DNA of 63,583 nt, filler included, from Guillardia theta CCMP2712 (lineage: Eukaryota; Protista; Cryptophyta): the NCBI RefSeq assembly GCF_000315625.1. It is 8 parts of 8 records of this genome, joined end to end, with 100 filler letters (N's around TTAATTAATTAA, not from the genome) between each part and the next. Parts side by side here need not be neighbours in the genome. Positions count along the whole stretch, not along the records: positions 8,157 to 30,595 come from NW_005434618.1; positions 30,696 to 45,247 come from NW_005434598.1; 6 more parts are not named here. The stretch is one strand, 5' to 3'. A program made the position numbers and the translations under genes. Of the stretch, positions 28,557 to 40,324 are shown one piece after another (the first letter of the stretch is position 1; every line of letters begins with the position of its first letter). Under the pieces are notes generated by a model. That model was not told where the DNA came from. It made no database searches and saw only the letters and a list, made by a program, of their open reading frames with translations.

Positions 28557-29302
28557 CCTCTATACATATATATCCTCATCTCTTTTATATTTCATACAGA
28601 TCTACATTAAATATTGCTTAATGCACACTCTAATGATCTTATGCTCTCCTCCTCCTTATTCCTTATCGTATATATCACCCCCTTCGAGTAGTCTATCATC
28701 TTATTCTTCGTATTCTTCTGTTTTCATATCGTCTCTCTCTATCCACTTGCATATTTCACTATGCCTTTGGTCTTTTGCAAACTACTGGACAGAATCGACT
28801 ATTACGTTTCCTACTTCCTATATATATCTTAAAACGTAACATGCGATTTTGTCCTCTCCTTCCCTTCAACCAACTCTTGCCCTCCTACAAGCCTTTTTAA
28901 ATATTAAAAATCTTCTGCAATAACCCCTCTCTGTCCTTCAACGTATTCCCTATTTGTCTCATTTCCTACTATTACGTTTCCATAATATATACCTTTAGGT
29001 ATTCATCGAAAATGAGACACTCCTTCCCTTCAACCAACTCCTGCCTTACATCAAGGCTTTTTTTATATCCAAACCTTCTTTTGCAGGAAGCAGATAGTTG
29101 AATCCAACCCGCCCCAGAGAAAGATTAGGTCGAGCAGAGAGGCAGTAAAACACTGTCTTATTGCCTCCTCTGAGGCAGACTTGTAATTCTTCTCCAAATC
29201 CTTGCACAAAAGTTCGGGAATATTCAATGAAATTTCATATTGAATGAAAATTTAAAATTTTGTTGGTTAGATTGTTTTCAGGGTTCAAACGCACGTGCGG
29301 TC

Positions 29303-29423
29303 ATGGCGAAAGAAGGCAAGGAAAGGAAGCGAAAGGTGAGGGAAGAGAAGCAAGGAGGGAGGAGGAGGAGGAGGAGGAGGAGGAGGAGGAGGAGGGAGGG
29401 GAGGAGGAGGAGGAGGGAGGAAT

Positions 29424-29473
<50 letters not shown>

Positions 29474-30596
29474 CGAAGGGGAAAGATAGAGGTAGGTGAT
29501 AAGGATGGAAGAAGTGAACATGTGAGGTGTCTAAGTGAAGGAGGAATGGGAGGAGGAGGAGGAGGAGGAGGAGTATGGTAAGTTTGTTGTCGCTTGTTTG
29601 GTCACTCTTGACGTAGAGGATGGAACACGCGAAAGTCCCAGCAAGGCGAACTCTCGACGACGAGGGCGACGAGGAGATCAGATCCTGGAGACAGGTGAAG
29701 GACGCGCTGCTACCGCCTCCCCTCACGAACGGTGCAGACGTCAGGGGGCAACGCGAATGGCTCGAGTAAGAGCGGCGATAAGGTGAGCGAGTCAGCGAGG
29801 AAGAAAAGTCATGACGGAGCTGAGCAGAACAAACAGACGAAGTCGGACGATGGCGGGCCTGTGCGTAGAGCTGCTGGTGGGCGAAAGAAGCTGACAGAAA
29901 GCAGGGAGCGACCAAGTACTCGAGGGGAGACAAGAATGTGATCCGGAAGATTAAGGACAAGAAGCTGAAGATGCAGATCAAGGTGACGGACGAGGAGAGG
30001 AGGAGGAGAGGCTGATGGGAGGAGCAGCGATCCGAGAGGGACATCAGAGAAGCAGCGGCCAAGGCAGCGCGAGCTGAGATTCTCTTGCCGGCTGAAGCAG
30101 GACACCTCGAAGCTGAAGGTGATACTTCACCGGCGCGAGGAGGAAGCGACCAAGACGAGGAGGAGCAGGAGGAAGGGAGGACTCACTTGTGTACGTGCAG
30201 GAATGGAGAAGACGCACAGGTTTCAGCAGAAGGACATCAAACAGGCGGTTGACATCGGAAGCTCTAAGAAGATCTACACCCTCAGGTGCCTCTCCTCCTC
30301 CTCCTCCTCCTCCTCCTCCTCCTCCTCCTCCTCCTCATCCTATCGCTTGCTGATTGCACCTGTAGGCTCGAAGAGTTCGGCCCCTACAGTTTCGACTACT
30401 CGAGGAGCGGACGTTACCTCCTGCTTGGCGGTGACGAGGAGGAGGAGGAGGAGGAGGAGGAGGAGGAGGAGGAGGAGGAGGAGGAGGAGGAGGAGGAGGA
30501 GGAGGAGGAGGATCGGGAGGTGATGCGGGGGCACAGGGAAGTTGGGGCACCTGGCAGTTTGCGACCTGTTGCTGGGCAACGCCATGTGTGAGGTGN
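29303..30596 (+). CDS. UTP7: U3 snoRNA-associated protein Utp7/WDR46 (BING4), 5' part, truncated by gap
   Basis: Exons encode AAAKAARAEILLPAEAGHLEAE|GMEKTHRFQQKDIKQAVDIGSSKKIYTL|RLEEFGPYSFDYSRSGRYLLLGG...GHLAVCD. Confidence 0.9.
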
Positions 30597-33500
30597 NNNN
30601 NNNNNNNNNNNNNNNNNNNNNNNNNNNNNNNNNNNNNNNTTAATTAATTAANNNNNNNNNNNNNNNNNNNNNNNNNNNNNNNNNNNNNNNNNNNNCTCTC
30701 TTTTCCTCTTGCTCATCCTCTTCATCGTTGTGCTCCTCCTCCCCACCTTCATCACGATCGCCCCGTCGTCCTGCAGTGCCGCTCCCAGCATGCTTTGCTG
30801 CTCGATTAGCACAGCAAAATGACATTTCACTTTAATTTCATCTATTCATCAAAATTTCAAAACTGGCCGAAGCTGTTCAATTTTTCAAATTTAAATGCCT
30901 TCCCGCCTACTTTCCACACCTCTCCCCATCCCTCCTCTTGAAGAGGTCCTGCCTTTCCTGCCCCCCCCACCCCATCCTCCCATCCTCCTTCTCCTTCTCC
31001 TCCTCCTCAGCCAACCCATGACTCGACCACCAAGACGATCTGGCTCCAGCACTGTCAAGCGAGAGTCTGACCCTGTATTTCATGAAAAACGGCAAAAAAT
31101 TCTCATCCAGGTGTTCAAGTGCGTTATGCTATACTTGACTCAATTCATCGGGGTTATTGCCATCGGGAGCATCTCCCGTGCCCCTATGCATACCTGGGTC
31201 GCGCCGCTGGCTGCCATGCATGAGACGTTTTGGACGAAGTTAAAGCACGTCTTGCTACGCGAGCTCCGACGAGCGTGCAACAAGACAGCCTGCAGAAAGC
31301 TAGAGCTGTGATCGTCTCTTCTTCTACCAAGTCAATGCCGAATATGCATCTTTGGGCTGTGTCTTGCCTAGAGAGCATGTGAGATAAGTAGAAGGTGGCG
31401 CACTGCTTGTAGATCATTACCCAGTTTGTTGTTGCATACTTCCTTTGTCGTCGTTTTCCTCTAGCGCCTTGTAGGACATCTTGTACGATGCGTTGGTTGA
31501 AAGTGGATAATGGCGAAAATTCAGTCCACTGAATAAATAGAATCATTACGAAATGTTCTATCATCGCTTGCCAAGCATCTGCGGTACATCTGAGGAGAAT
31601 GATTTGGCACAAAGGGCAATATCATTAGTATAGGAAACTTGCCACGTTGATTTGGATAGCGGTTGTAGTTGTACCCCTTGCATTGACTAGCAGAGCTCCA
31701 GGAAAATCTCCTTCCCGTGCTGCAAGAAGAGCATGCAGCTCCTGTGTAGCATCCGTCCGCCAGCTCCTGAACTGAAAATAGCGATTCGGTGGCTCAAACC
31801 AGGTCGATGGAAGGGACTTTCAACGAAACACAGAAAGTTTCAAGGAATACATGACAAATCAGTTTGCTTTGAATGATCTTGACATGCGTGGGAGAGACTG
31901 TCGCTTGCAGGAATGCAAGTGTTGAAGAGGTTGGTGTAGTAGGGGAATGATACTAGGGGGAAGCGAGGGCGTCCGAGGTGTTTCAACTGTGACTGGCGGA
32001 GTCCGGGTCCACTGATGCTCAGCGCGCTCAGCTAATTAGCCTAGTAGCTCAGACCCAGAAAAAGGCTGCCACTGTCACCGGAGGCTGCTCCGAGGCTACT
32101 AGGCTGGCCCAGGCACAGCCTGATTGTGCTGGGCCCCGGGCCTCGGCCCCCCGGGGCCCGCCTGCCAGTGGCAAAGCGGGCGGCCGCCCGGCCGGGGCCG
32201 CCGGCGGGCCGGCACGGCCACGGCGTCACGTACGGTGACTCCGAGCCTCGGAGGCTCCGTGGCGCCGCGGCCGGGCGTCACTGCCGAGTCAGTCACGGAC
32301 AGGCTGCCGACTCGCCGGGCCACCCGGTTGCCAACGGTACGGTCGGACCGGGTTGAAACGTGACGGTCCACTGACATGATGGCATTACAAACCGAGTCAG
32401 TAAACTTGAAACGGGCATTCCGAGTTCCGACCGTCAGTGACTCCGACGGCCTCCGAGCCGCGCCGTTGAAGACCGACTCTCAGGTTCGGATTCGACTTGC
32501 AAACGCATCCCGCCCCGGTCCGCCGGGCCCTGAGGATCATTCCGACGCCAGCTCCTTCGCGCGGCTGCCATCCGACCGAACGTGACGGCGTCCGATCGGA
32601 CATCGCGGGCCCGGCGGGAGAATTCCGGTGTGCGTCTCATTCCTGAGTCCGCGGGGGGGCGGCCTGGCAGCGGCGGCGACCCGGTCCGGCGCAGCCAAGC
32701 TCAGCGACAGTCGCACTGCCAGGCTCGGCTGGCCGGCCCCCGGGGCATGGCACGGGGCCCGGGAATGCCGTCCTGCCGCGCCGCGCGCACTGTTAATTGA
32801 TGATCAGTTACTATCAAGTTCGGGGCCGGGCGGCCCGGCCACTGGGACAGCCGTTGGCGCCAGGATGGGGTTTGGTTCTCGCTGTCTTTTTTCTTCTCGC
32901 CGTGTGGCCTGTGCGAGGCTCCTTGCCTCTCCTGCCATGATTGTCCTCTTGAAGTACTGATTTTTAAACTCTGCTGATTATGACTCAGTTCGGAGCTGCA
33001 CATTTAACGACTCGCCCGGGGCCAGGCGGCCCGCAGGGCTCCGCCCGACCGTACCGTCCGACCGCCGGCGCGGCCCAGCCGCCGCCCGGGCCGGCAGGCC
33101 GGGCCGGCTCAGCGGCCCGGGGGCGGCCCGCCGATGATCCGGCAGCCGGCGGCGCCCGCCGCCGTCTATTCAATCTCCTACTTCACCGTGCAATATGACC
33201 TTTCAGTGCTGCGCGCACAGTACCAAACAGACCCGCTGATATGGAGAGGCGATTGTACCGAGTCACACTACCAGAAAGTTATAAAAAGATTTAAAAGCAG
33301 CAGCCAGACTTTTAGAGGTTTTAAACTTCTGTGGCCGCCTCCAGTTTCTGCCCACGATTGCCTCTGGATTTTTAAAATACTGGCCGGATCTTATTGTTTT
33401 GTACCGACAGCAAGCGCTGCAGCCCCCAAATTTTAAAATTGCTACCAGGGTTGGGTATTTAAAAATGACCACGGTACCTTTTCCGACCCTACACTGTCAG

Positions 33501-35764
33501 TGAAAGAGCTCGTACGGTACAAGTTTCAAGCTCCCAGACCACCCCAGAGATTTCCCAGATTGGAGTGGGTAGGGTCAAAGAACTACTCATTGGACAGCTA
33601 CAAACCCCCTCATGTACCCGCGGTCACAACCCCACGGAACACTGAAAGGAAATATCGACCACCCCTACCGTACCACTTAGTACCGACTACCCCCTCTTTG
33701 CTCTATCAATCTATCGTGATCGGAGTGGTGCCAGGCACCCACCCCACCCATTTTTTTTCGAGTAGGACATCGAAATGTCTCGTTTTCGATGTCCTTTAGT
33801 GAAGCCCCACCCCGTCACCCCTAAATGACCCACTGGGGGGCACAACTGAGGCTTTCAAATTAGACCAACCACCCACCCCCATGTCAACTCCGCCGAGTGG
33901 GGGATCGGATCAGGGTGGTAGGCCATAGCCATGATGGCCGCTAGAACATTCGACCGTCGGGAGAGACCCGATGACGACTAGCCGAGGGGGTATACAGGTT
34001 CCACTCCGGTGTGCTATAAAGGTAGGGTCATCCCTCCCTTTAGTGATCCCCCAGCAATGGAGATTGATGCTACCGAAAGCATCAGTCAACTTGGTTTTAG
34101 TAAAACATACTATCGAAAAAGCCTGGTTTGTAAATGGTGGAGGGGTGGTCTTTATCAGTGAGATGTGGGTGCTCGAACGGTAAAGCTGCCTGACAGGCCT
34201 GGGACTACAGGGGTCAGGGTAGTGATCCCGTTAAGAGGACAACTGGGGTGGTCAAAGCGAAAAAAATTACGACTTCCAGTGTAAGGTAGGTAGGGTCAAT
34301 TGAATGCACCGGAAGGTAGGGTACTTTGCAGAGCTCACTACCGAGGTGGAACACCTCGGAAATCCCGTCCAAATGGGAGGTGGGGTAGTACTACTGTCAA
34401 ATGACAGTGGTGTTATTACCCACCCACATGGTTTAGTCGGGGTGGTCCGGTTGCCGATAGCGCTAATCATTGCTGAGTCAGGCCTACAACGGGGGTAGGG
34501 TGGGTCAGAGCACTTTCAGCCCAGTTGCAACATATGTAAAATGCACCCACCCCTCAGTTCCGAGTGCAACCTTTGAGGTATACCCTACCCCCCTCCATCC
34601 TGGTCGTACCCCCCACCCCCTACCCCCCACCCCCAAGGATGATACGGTTTATCATTTCGAATACTCCCCCACCCTTTCGTTTATACGAGGGGCTCCATTG
34701 GTAACGGTCTTTTGTTTCTACCCCCCCGGCCCTTATACGCTAAAAGGGAAACAGGGTGGTGAATATGACGGGTGGTGGTCGATTCAGTATTTGTGCTTTG
34801 TTGTCAAAGCAACCGGGAATGGTCCTTGGTCAGGGGTGGGGTTTGAAGACCAGACCCATCACGGCATGTCAAAGGGGTGGTTCATATGGACGGTAGATTA
34901 GGGAGGGGTGGCAAGGTCCTCTTACTCGTCTGCACATGGACTTGGGGACAAGGGCCGCTGACTGATACGAGAGTCAAGGATCTAGAAGGGGTAGGACTAC
35001 TGGTTCCGGTACGGTACTTGACATGGACGACCTAACCCCAACAGGGGGTGGGGGTCCGAATGGGGACCGTGTGAAGTCGAATGTAACGGTCATCTTCTTG
35101 TGGAACGGTATAGGAAGGGGTAGGGTGAGTAAAGCAGCTGTCAGCCCCTAATAAAGAGGGGTGGGTGGGGTGGGGTACATAAAGTGGGTCACAGTGTGAG
35201 CGGAGTATTCCCGATGTTATTCGCTGACAGGTGCATCTGCAAGGGTGGAAGGGTGGTACGCCGTGTGTGCCAGAGTCTCAGGGGGTGGGGTAGTCGGATT
35301 GGGGGCTGCTCTGATCTGTCTCGTGTAGGGGGAATATCGGGTCTGGAATGTCGGGGTCGGGATATAAGGGGTAGGGAAGAAGGGGGGTTCTTGTGATGAA
35401 AGTTCCCCAAGAAGTGAAAAGGGTGGGTACTTTATTGAGTGATACCTGGTTCAAAGAGGGTAGGTAATGACAACTGTGACCCGGAAGGGGTGGGGTAGTC
35501 TGCTATGTGCTGGGGGAGTAAATGGGGTGTATTGCTTCGAGTTGGGAAAGGGGTGGCAGAGGAAAAAGGAGGGGTGGAATGACTACTTTTGAGGAAACGA
35601 AGGGGTAGGGGGTGGAGAGGGTGGGGGTGAGGGTAGGAGCATATATAACTTGCCTGTCCTCCGAAGGTTCGAGCACAGCAGCAGCAGTCGACACAGTCGT
35701 CTCCTCCTTCTGCAACAGCCACAAGCAACCGCTCTTCCCCCTTTCCACACAGCGATTCGAAACC

Positions 35765-36556
35765 ATGAAACTTGACTATGGCGCCCTCGGATGGCTCATC
35801 ATGTGCCTTTACCACTATGGCTTCCCAATCTACTTCGCTGTAGCCTGGGCCAGAGTCGATGATGCAGACCGCCTCTGGAAGACCGGTCCTGCAGGTGACA
35901 GCACCAACTACCGTCTCATGAGCGGTTACATCATTGTCCTCTGGGTGTTGAACTTCTTGAACTCCCTGTTTCTCATCATCAGCATCTTCGATGAACGCAG
36001 GTTCCAGATCTTCAGGTGGTTTTCTTTGATTTTGAACACCTTTGGCCTTGGAGCTTTGGAGGTCGCTGGTATCATGATCATCGATCAAGTCTTCCCCTAC
36101 CGCACTTGCGCTGAGCTCGGCTTCTTCCATGGACCCGAGAAGAGCTTGGATGCATGCTACGTTGTTCACATTATCTGCTGGATGGTATTCATCACCAACG
36201 TCATCGTGATCGGCATCGTAGTCTTGATCGTTCCTGCTCATCTCATCATCGGCAACGACTTCGGCTTCAAGGTCTACCGCATCGTCATGGGATCCAGCCT
36301 TGCTCGTGCGTTTATCCCTGCCGTCTTCCTTCCTGCTGAGGAGCCCACGGACGGACAGCAGCCCACTACTGAGCAGCAGAAGCTCGAGGCCGGATACCCC
36401 ATGGCCACCAACATTGCTCTTGAGGTAATTCTGTTTGATTGTTTGATCATGTCCGTGTTAACGCTTGTACAGCAGGCCGTCCAGCCTTCGACCATCCCCG
36501 CTACTTATCCCCCAGTTTCCCCCAGCAATGTTCCCGTGATGCTCGGATCTGCCTAA
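35765..36556 (+). CDS. Four-pass membrane protein of unknown function
   Basis: ATG at 35765 after a leader; four hydrophobic helices; Cys pair in the loop before TM4; Pro-rich tail; strong C-ending codon bias; possible short intron about 36425-36474. Confidence 0.75.
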   Translation: MKLDYGALGWLIMCLYHYGFPIYFAVAWARVDDADRLWKTGPAGDSTNYRLMSGYIIVLWVLNFLNSLFLIISIFDERRFQIFRWFSLILNTFGLGALEVAGIMIIDQVFPYRTCAELGFFHGPEKSLDACYVVHIICWMVFITNVIVIGIVVLIVPAHLIIGNDFGFKVYRIVMGSSLARAFIPAVFLPAEEPTDGQQPTTEQQKLEAGYPMATNIALEVILFDCLIMSVLTLVQQAVQPSTIPATYPPVSPSNVPVMLGSA

Positions 36557-39500
36557 AACATTGCGTGAAAAATCGAGCAGATGCAATCCCATAGATACTG
36601 TAATTTTTCTAAGTTTTTTGAATAAACACATTGCTTCAGACTCATCTTGATTTCTGTAATCCATTTCCATCAAAAAGACTCTGCCTTTTAAACTGCTTTG
36701 TAGGTCATAATTGAGATAACTTCATAAGCTCTGCTGATATGTCAGCAGGTCATCAGTCAGCAGCAACGTTGCAACGAATTGAGGTCTCCTGGCTTCACTA
36801 TGACACGGGCAAAGTTTGGGATTAATCTGCAGAGTTGGTATGAGAAATTTGTGGATAGAAAACAATCTACCTTCAGGACAATTTCGCATCTACATCAAAA
36901 GTATCTGATACCAACATTGCTGTCACATGCAGTCCTATAGATCTTTCTTCTACGCAGACATCGATAACACTCGTGTTGTACAAGTTTCTTTCCGATGAAT
37001 CGATGACGAACATGACCTTACAGACCAAAAAGTGAAATCAAAACCCGTGATTGCTTGAGAACTTGCCTGACTGCTCCATGGGATCTGCACTTTAGCGGTG
37101 ATCTCATTGCTGTAGCTATACTAGGAAATATGATCGGACGAGAGGTGAAAAATCTTGATTTGACTGGCTATTTCTTGAACAATAGCGCTGATAAACTCTG
37201 ATTTTTCAATAGATTGAGGTGACAAGAGCAAAAGAGATGTTGTTTTGACATGCAACCATCGATCACCTCCCCTGCTATATTCAAATCAGGCTCCTAAGGT
37301 GCGACACTTGCTAAGGGTTGACTGAGGATTCTTGCCGGTGTCGAATTTCAAGGATCCTTCACTGGCAGCAGTGGTCACAAGCAGGGTAAATCCCAAGTGC
37401 ATGGTTGTTTTGATGTCATACAGTATGCGAGCATTTGATGCAGGATGGTGTGGCGGAAATTCACGACTAACGTCGAACTGACAAAGTTTTGAAGATCTAA
37501 TTTAATTATCTATTCTTATTCTTGAATCATCTCGATCGGTGCCGTCCTCTTGTTATCTGCTCGTAACAAACTATACACGGGTAGCAGCGTAAATGAGACG
37601 TTGGTTCTCTTGAGCTTACAAGTTAAGTGGCATCGACTTCATGAACACAACAGCATGTCCCTGAAAGGATTCAAAGTCAGCATCGTTACTGCTCGAACTT
37701 GTAGTGACAGTGTACATGACCGATTAGCTCAGGATATCATCGATTAGTTGATACGAATACATCATCATGGTACATCAATAGTAAGATTCCTGATTAAATG
37801 ACACCATCGTGCAAGGCACGTTTCCGTCATTGCGTTAAAATCATTGTCCAATCATCAAAAAAACGCAAAACCACGACATGTCTAAAATATCAAATTGTAC
37901 TGGTCTTTACGAGATCGCAAGAATCATCTACAATCATTCAAGACATGATCCAAGGTTAGAATGTGTTGCCAACCGCCACTACAGGCAAGCCAACAACAGA
38001 ACAGCACACAACTCAAGTATTACACAAGACCACAGCAACAGCAACACAAGAGCCGTTCAACATCCAAGTGAACAGCCACCGCATCGGCACACGTTCCTCC
38101 CACGAGAGCATCACACATCGTTATTCACCTGGTGCACATGACCGTAGTCGGACGAGTAGTCTCTGCCACCGCATCCGAAGGGCCCAGACTTCGCGCAGGT
38201 GGGGGTGTGAGAATACTGCCAGCACGAGTTCAGCTGAAGTCCAGCACGTGGTGCTTCCTCTTTTACTCACCGCGGCTTGCAAACCCCAACGCATGTGGTC
38301 CATGGCAGCCTTGGCGGCTTCTTGCGACGCAAACGCCCTGACTTGTCCGTAGCTCTGACGTTGAGGTCAGCCGGTGAGTCAACGCCGCGAAAGAGAGGAG
38401 GAGGAGGGGGTTGGGGGAAGGAGGAGGAGGAGGAGGAGGAGGATGAGGAGGAGGAGGAGGAGGAGGAGGAGGAGGAGGAGGAGGAGGAGGAGGAGGAGGG
38501 CTGACAAAGACAAACATTCGGCAAAGCGGATAGGGCGGGGCGGGATGTGTGGAGGGGAATGGGGGGATGAGATGATTGAGACTTGAGATTTCACAGGCAC
38601 ATTCGGCTATCTTGAATGCNNNNNNNNNNNNNNNNNNNNNNNNNNNNNNNNNNNNNNNNNNNNNNNNNNNNNNNNNNNNNNNNNNNNNNNNNNNNNNNNN
38701 NNNNNNNNNNNNNNNNNNNNNNNNNNNNNNNNNNNNNNNNNNNNNNNNNNNNNNNNNNNNNNNNNNNNNNNNNNNNNNNNNNNNNNNNNNNNNNNNNNNN
38801 NNNNNNNNNNNNNNNNNNNNNNNNNNNNNNNNNNNNNNNNNNNNNNNNNNNNNNNNNNNNNNNNNNNNNNNNNNNNNNNNNNNNNNNNNNNNNNNNNNNN
38901 NNNNNNNNNNNNNNNNNNNNNNNNNNNNNNNNNNNNNNNNNNNNNNNNNNNNNNNNNNNNNNNNNNNNNNNNNNNNNNNNNNNNNNNNNNNNNNNNNNNN
39001 NNNNNNNNNNNNNNNNNNNNNNNNNNNNNNNNNNNNNNNNNNNNNNNNNNNNNNNNNNNNNNNNNNNNNNNNNNNNNNNNNNNNNNNNNNNNNNNNNNNN
39101 NNNNNNNNNNNNNNNNNNNNNNNNNNNNNNNNNNNNNNNNNNNNNNNNNNNNNNNNNNNNNNNNNNNNNNNNNNNNNNNNNNNNNNNNNNNNNNNNNNNN
39201 NNNNNNNNNNNNNNNNNNNNNNNNNNNNNNNNNNNNNNNNNNNNNNNNNNNNNNNNNNNNNNNNNNNNNNNNNNNNNNNNNNNNNNNNNNNNNNNNNNNN
39301 NNNNNNNNNNNNNNNNNNNNNNNNNNNNNNNNNNNNNNNNNNNNNNNNNNNNNNNNNNNNNNNNNNNNNNNNNNNNNNNNNNNNNNNNNNNNNNNNNNNN
39401 NNNNNNNNNNNNNNNNNNNNNNNNNNNNNNNNNNNNNNNNNNNNNNNNNNNNNNNNNNNNNNNNNNNNNNNNNNNNNNNNNNNNNNNNNNNNNNNNNNNN

Positions 39501-39561
39501 NNNNNNNNNNNNNNNNNNNNNNNNNNNNNNNNNNNNNNNNNNNNNNNNNNNNNNNNNNNNN

Positions 39562-40291
39562 TCCCACTCCCCCATCATGAATCTCCAGTACGACACGTCA
39601 AACGTTCTCCTAGGAAGGGTGGTCGGTATGGTGGAGATGGGGCTGCTACCCTGCCCTGTCCCCCTCTCAGTGAGTCTTGACGCTGCATGTGGCGCGCGGG
39701 TCGGTTGACGTCCAGTGGCAGCGGCGACCCGCGCCTGAGCTTCCCTACTTGGTTAACCTCGCAGTGCTCAAGGAGTACAGGAGGAGGTAAGACAGTGAGC
39801 ATGACGCTCAGCTACCGCTCCCCAGCTCACGTTGAGCTGGAAGGGGGATCGGACAGCAGCTTGTGAGGGCATGCGAGCATAAGGTAAGCATCGCCCACAA
39901 GACATCTCGCAGACACTTCTCGTCCTCCTCCTCCAACCTGCCCGCTGCTCTGCATCCTGACTTCTTGCGCGCAGGCATCAGAGGAGTGGGGAGTACCGAG
40001 AGATCTTCCTGTACGTGAAGGCTCAGAACAGGTTCAACCATAGAGGAGGAGGAGGTGTCAATGTTGCAATGCCAGGGTAGCACAAGCCTTGTACTCTGCG
40101 ATGGGATACACATGCGAGTGGAGAGAGCCGTCCTGGTACCGGCTCAAGTCTGGTGAGTTTGACTTGTAGTTGCCCTGTAGGCTGTAGGAAGTGACCTGCT
40201 CTGGTACAACGCAGGCCTCCAGAAGTTACAGAGCAACCCCCGACTCTTCCTGAGGAAAGAGCTCTTGCCTGATATTGAGGACAGGAGGTAG
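39562..40291 (+). CDS. GNAT-family N-acetyltransferase, 3' exons (5' end in gap)
   Basis: Spliced exons PYLVNLAVLKEYRRR|GIGQQLVRACE...EIFLYVKAQN|RVAQALYSAMGY give the acetyl-CoA-binding motif A (RxxGxG) and motif B. Confidence 0.85.
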
Positions 40292-40324
40292 AGCCTTAGA
40301 AGATCATGGAAGGGGGACGATCAT

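Larger units (their letters stand above)
25150..29100 (-). mobile_element. AT-rich intronless island, probable endogenous giant-virus (NCLDV) fragment
   Basis: Abrupt composition shift; + strand almost devoid of G; co-oriented intronless ORFs with NCLDV-type repeat and F-box-like motifs. Confidence 0.65.

Noticed and set aside
30696-31900. Possible - strand multi-exon gene (similarly 36700-38350 and 47893-49000)
   Set aside because: Coding-like fragments are present, but no consistent spliced model or domain could be supported.
38263-39680. Long ORFs dominated by X (also 9170-9820)
   Set aside because: Read-through of N gaps.
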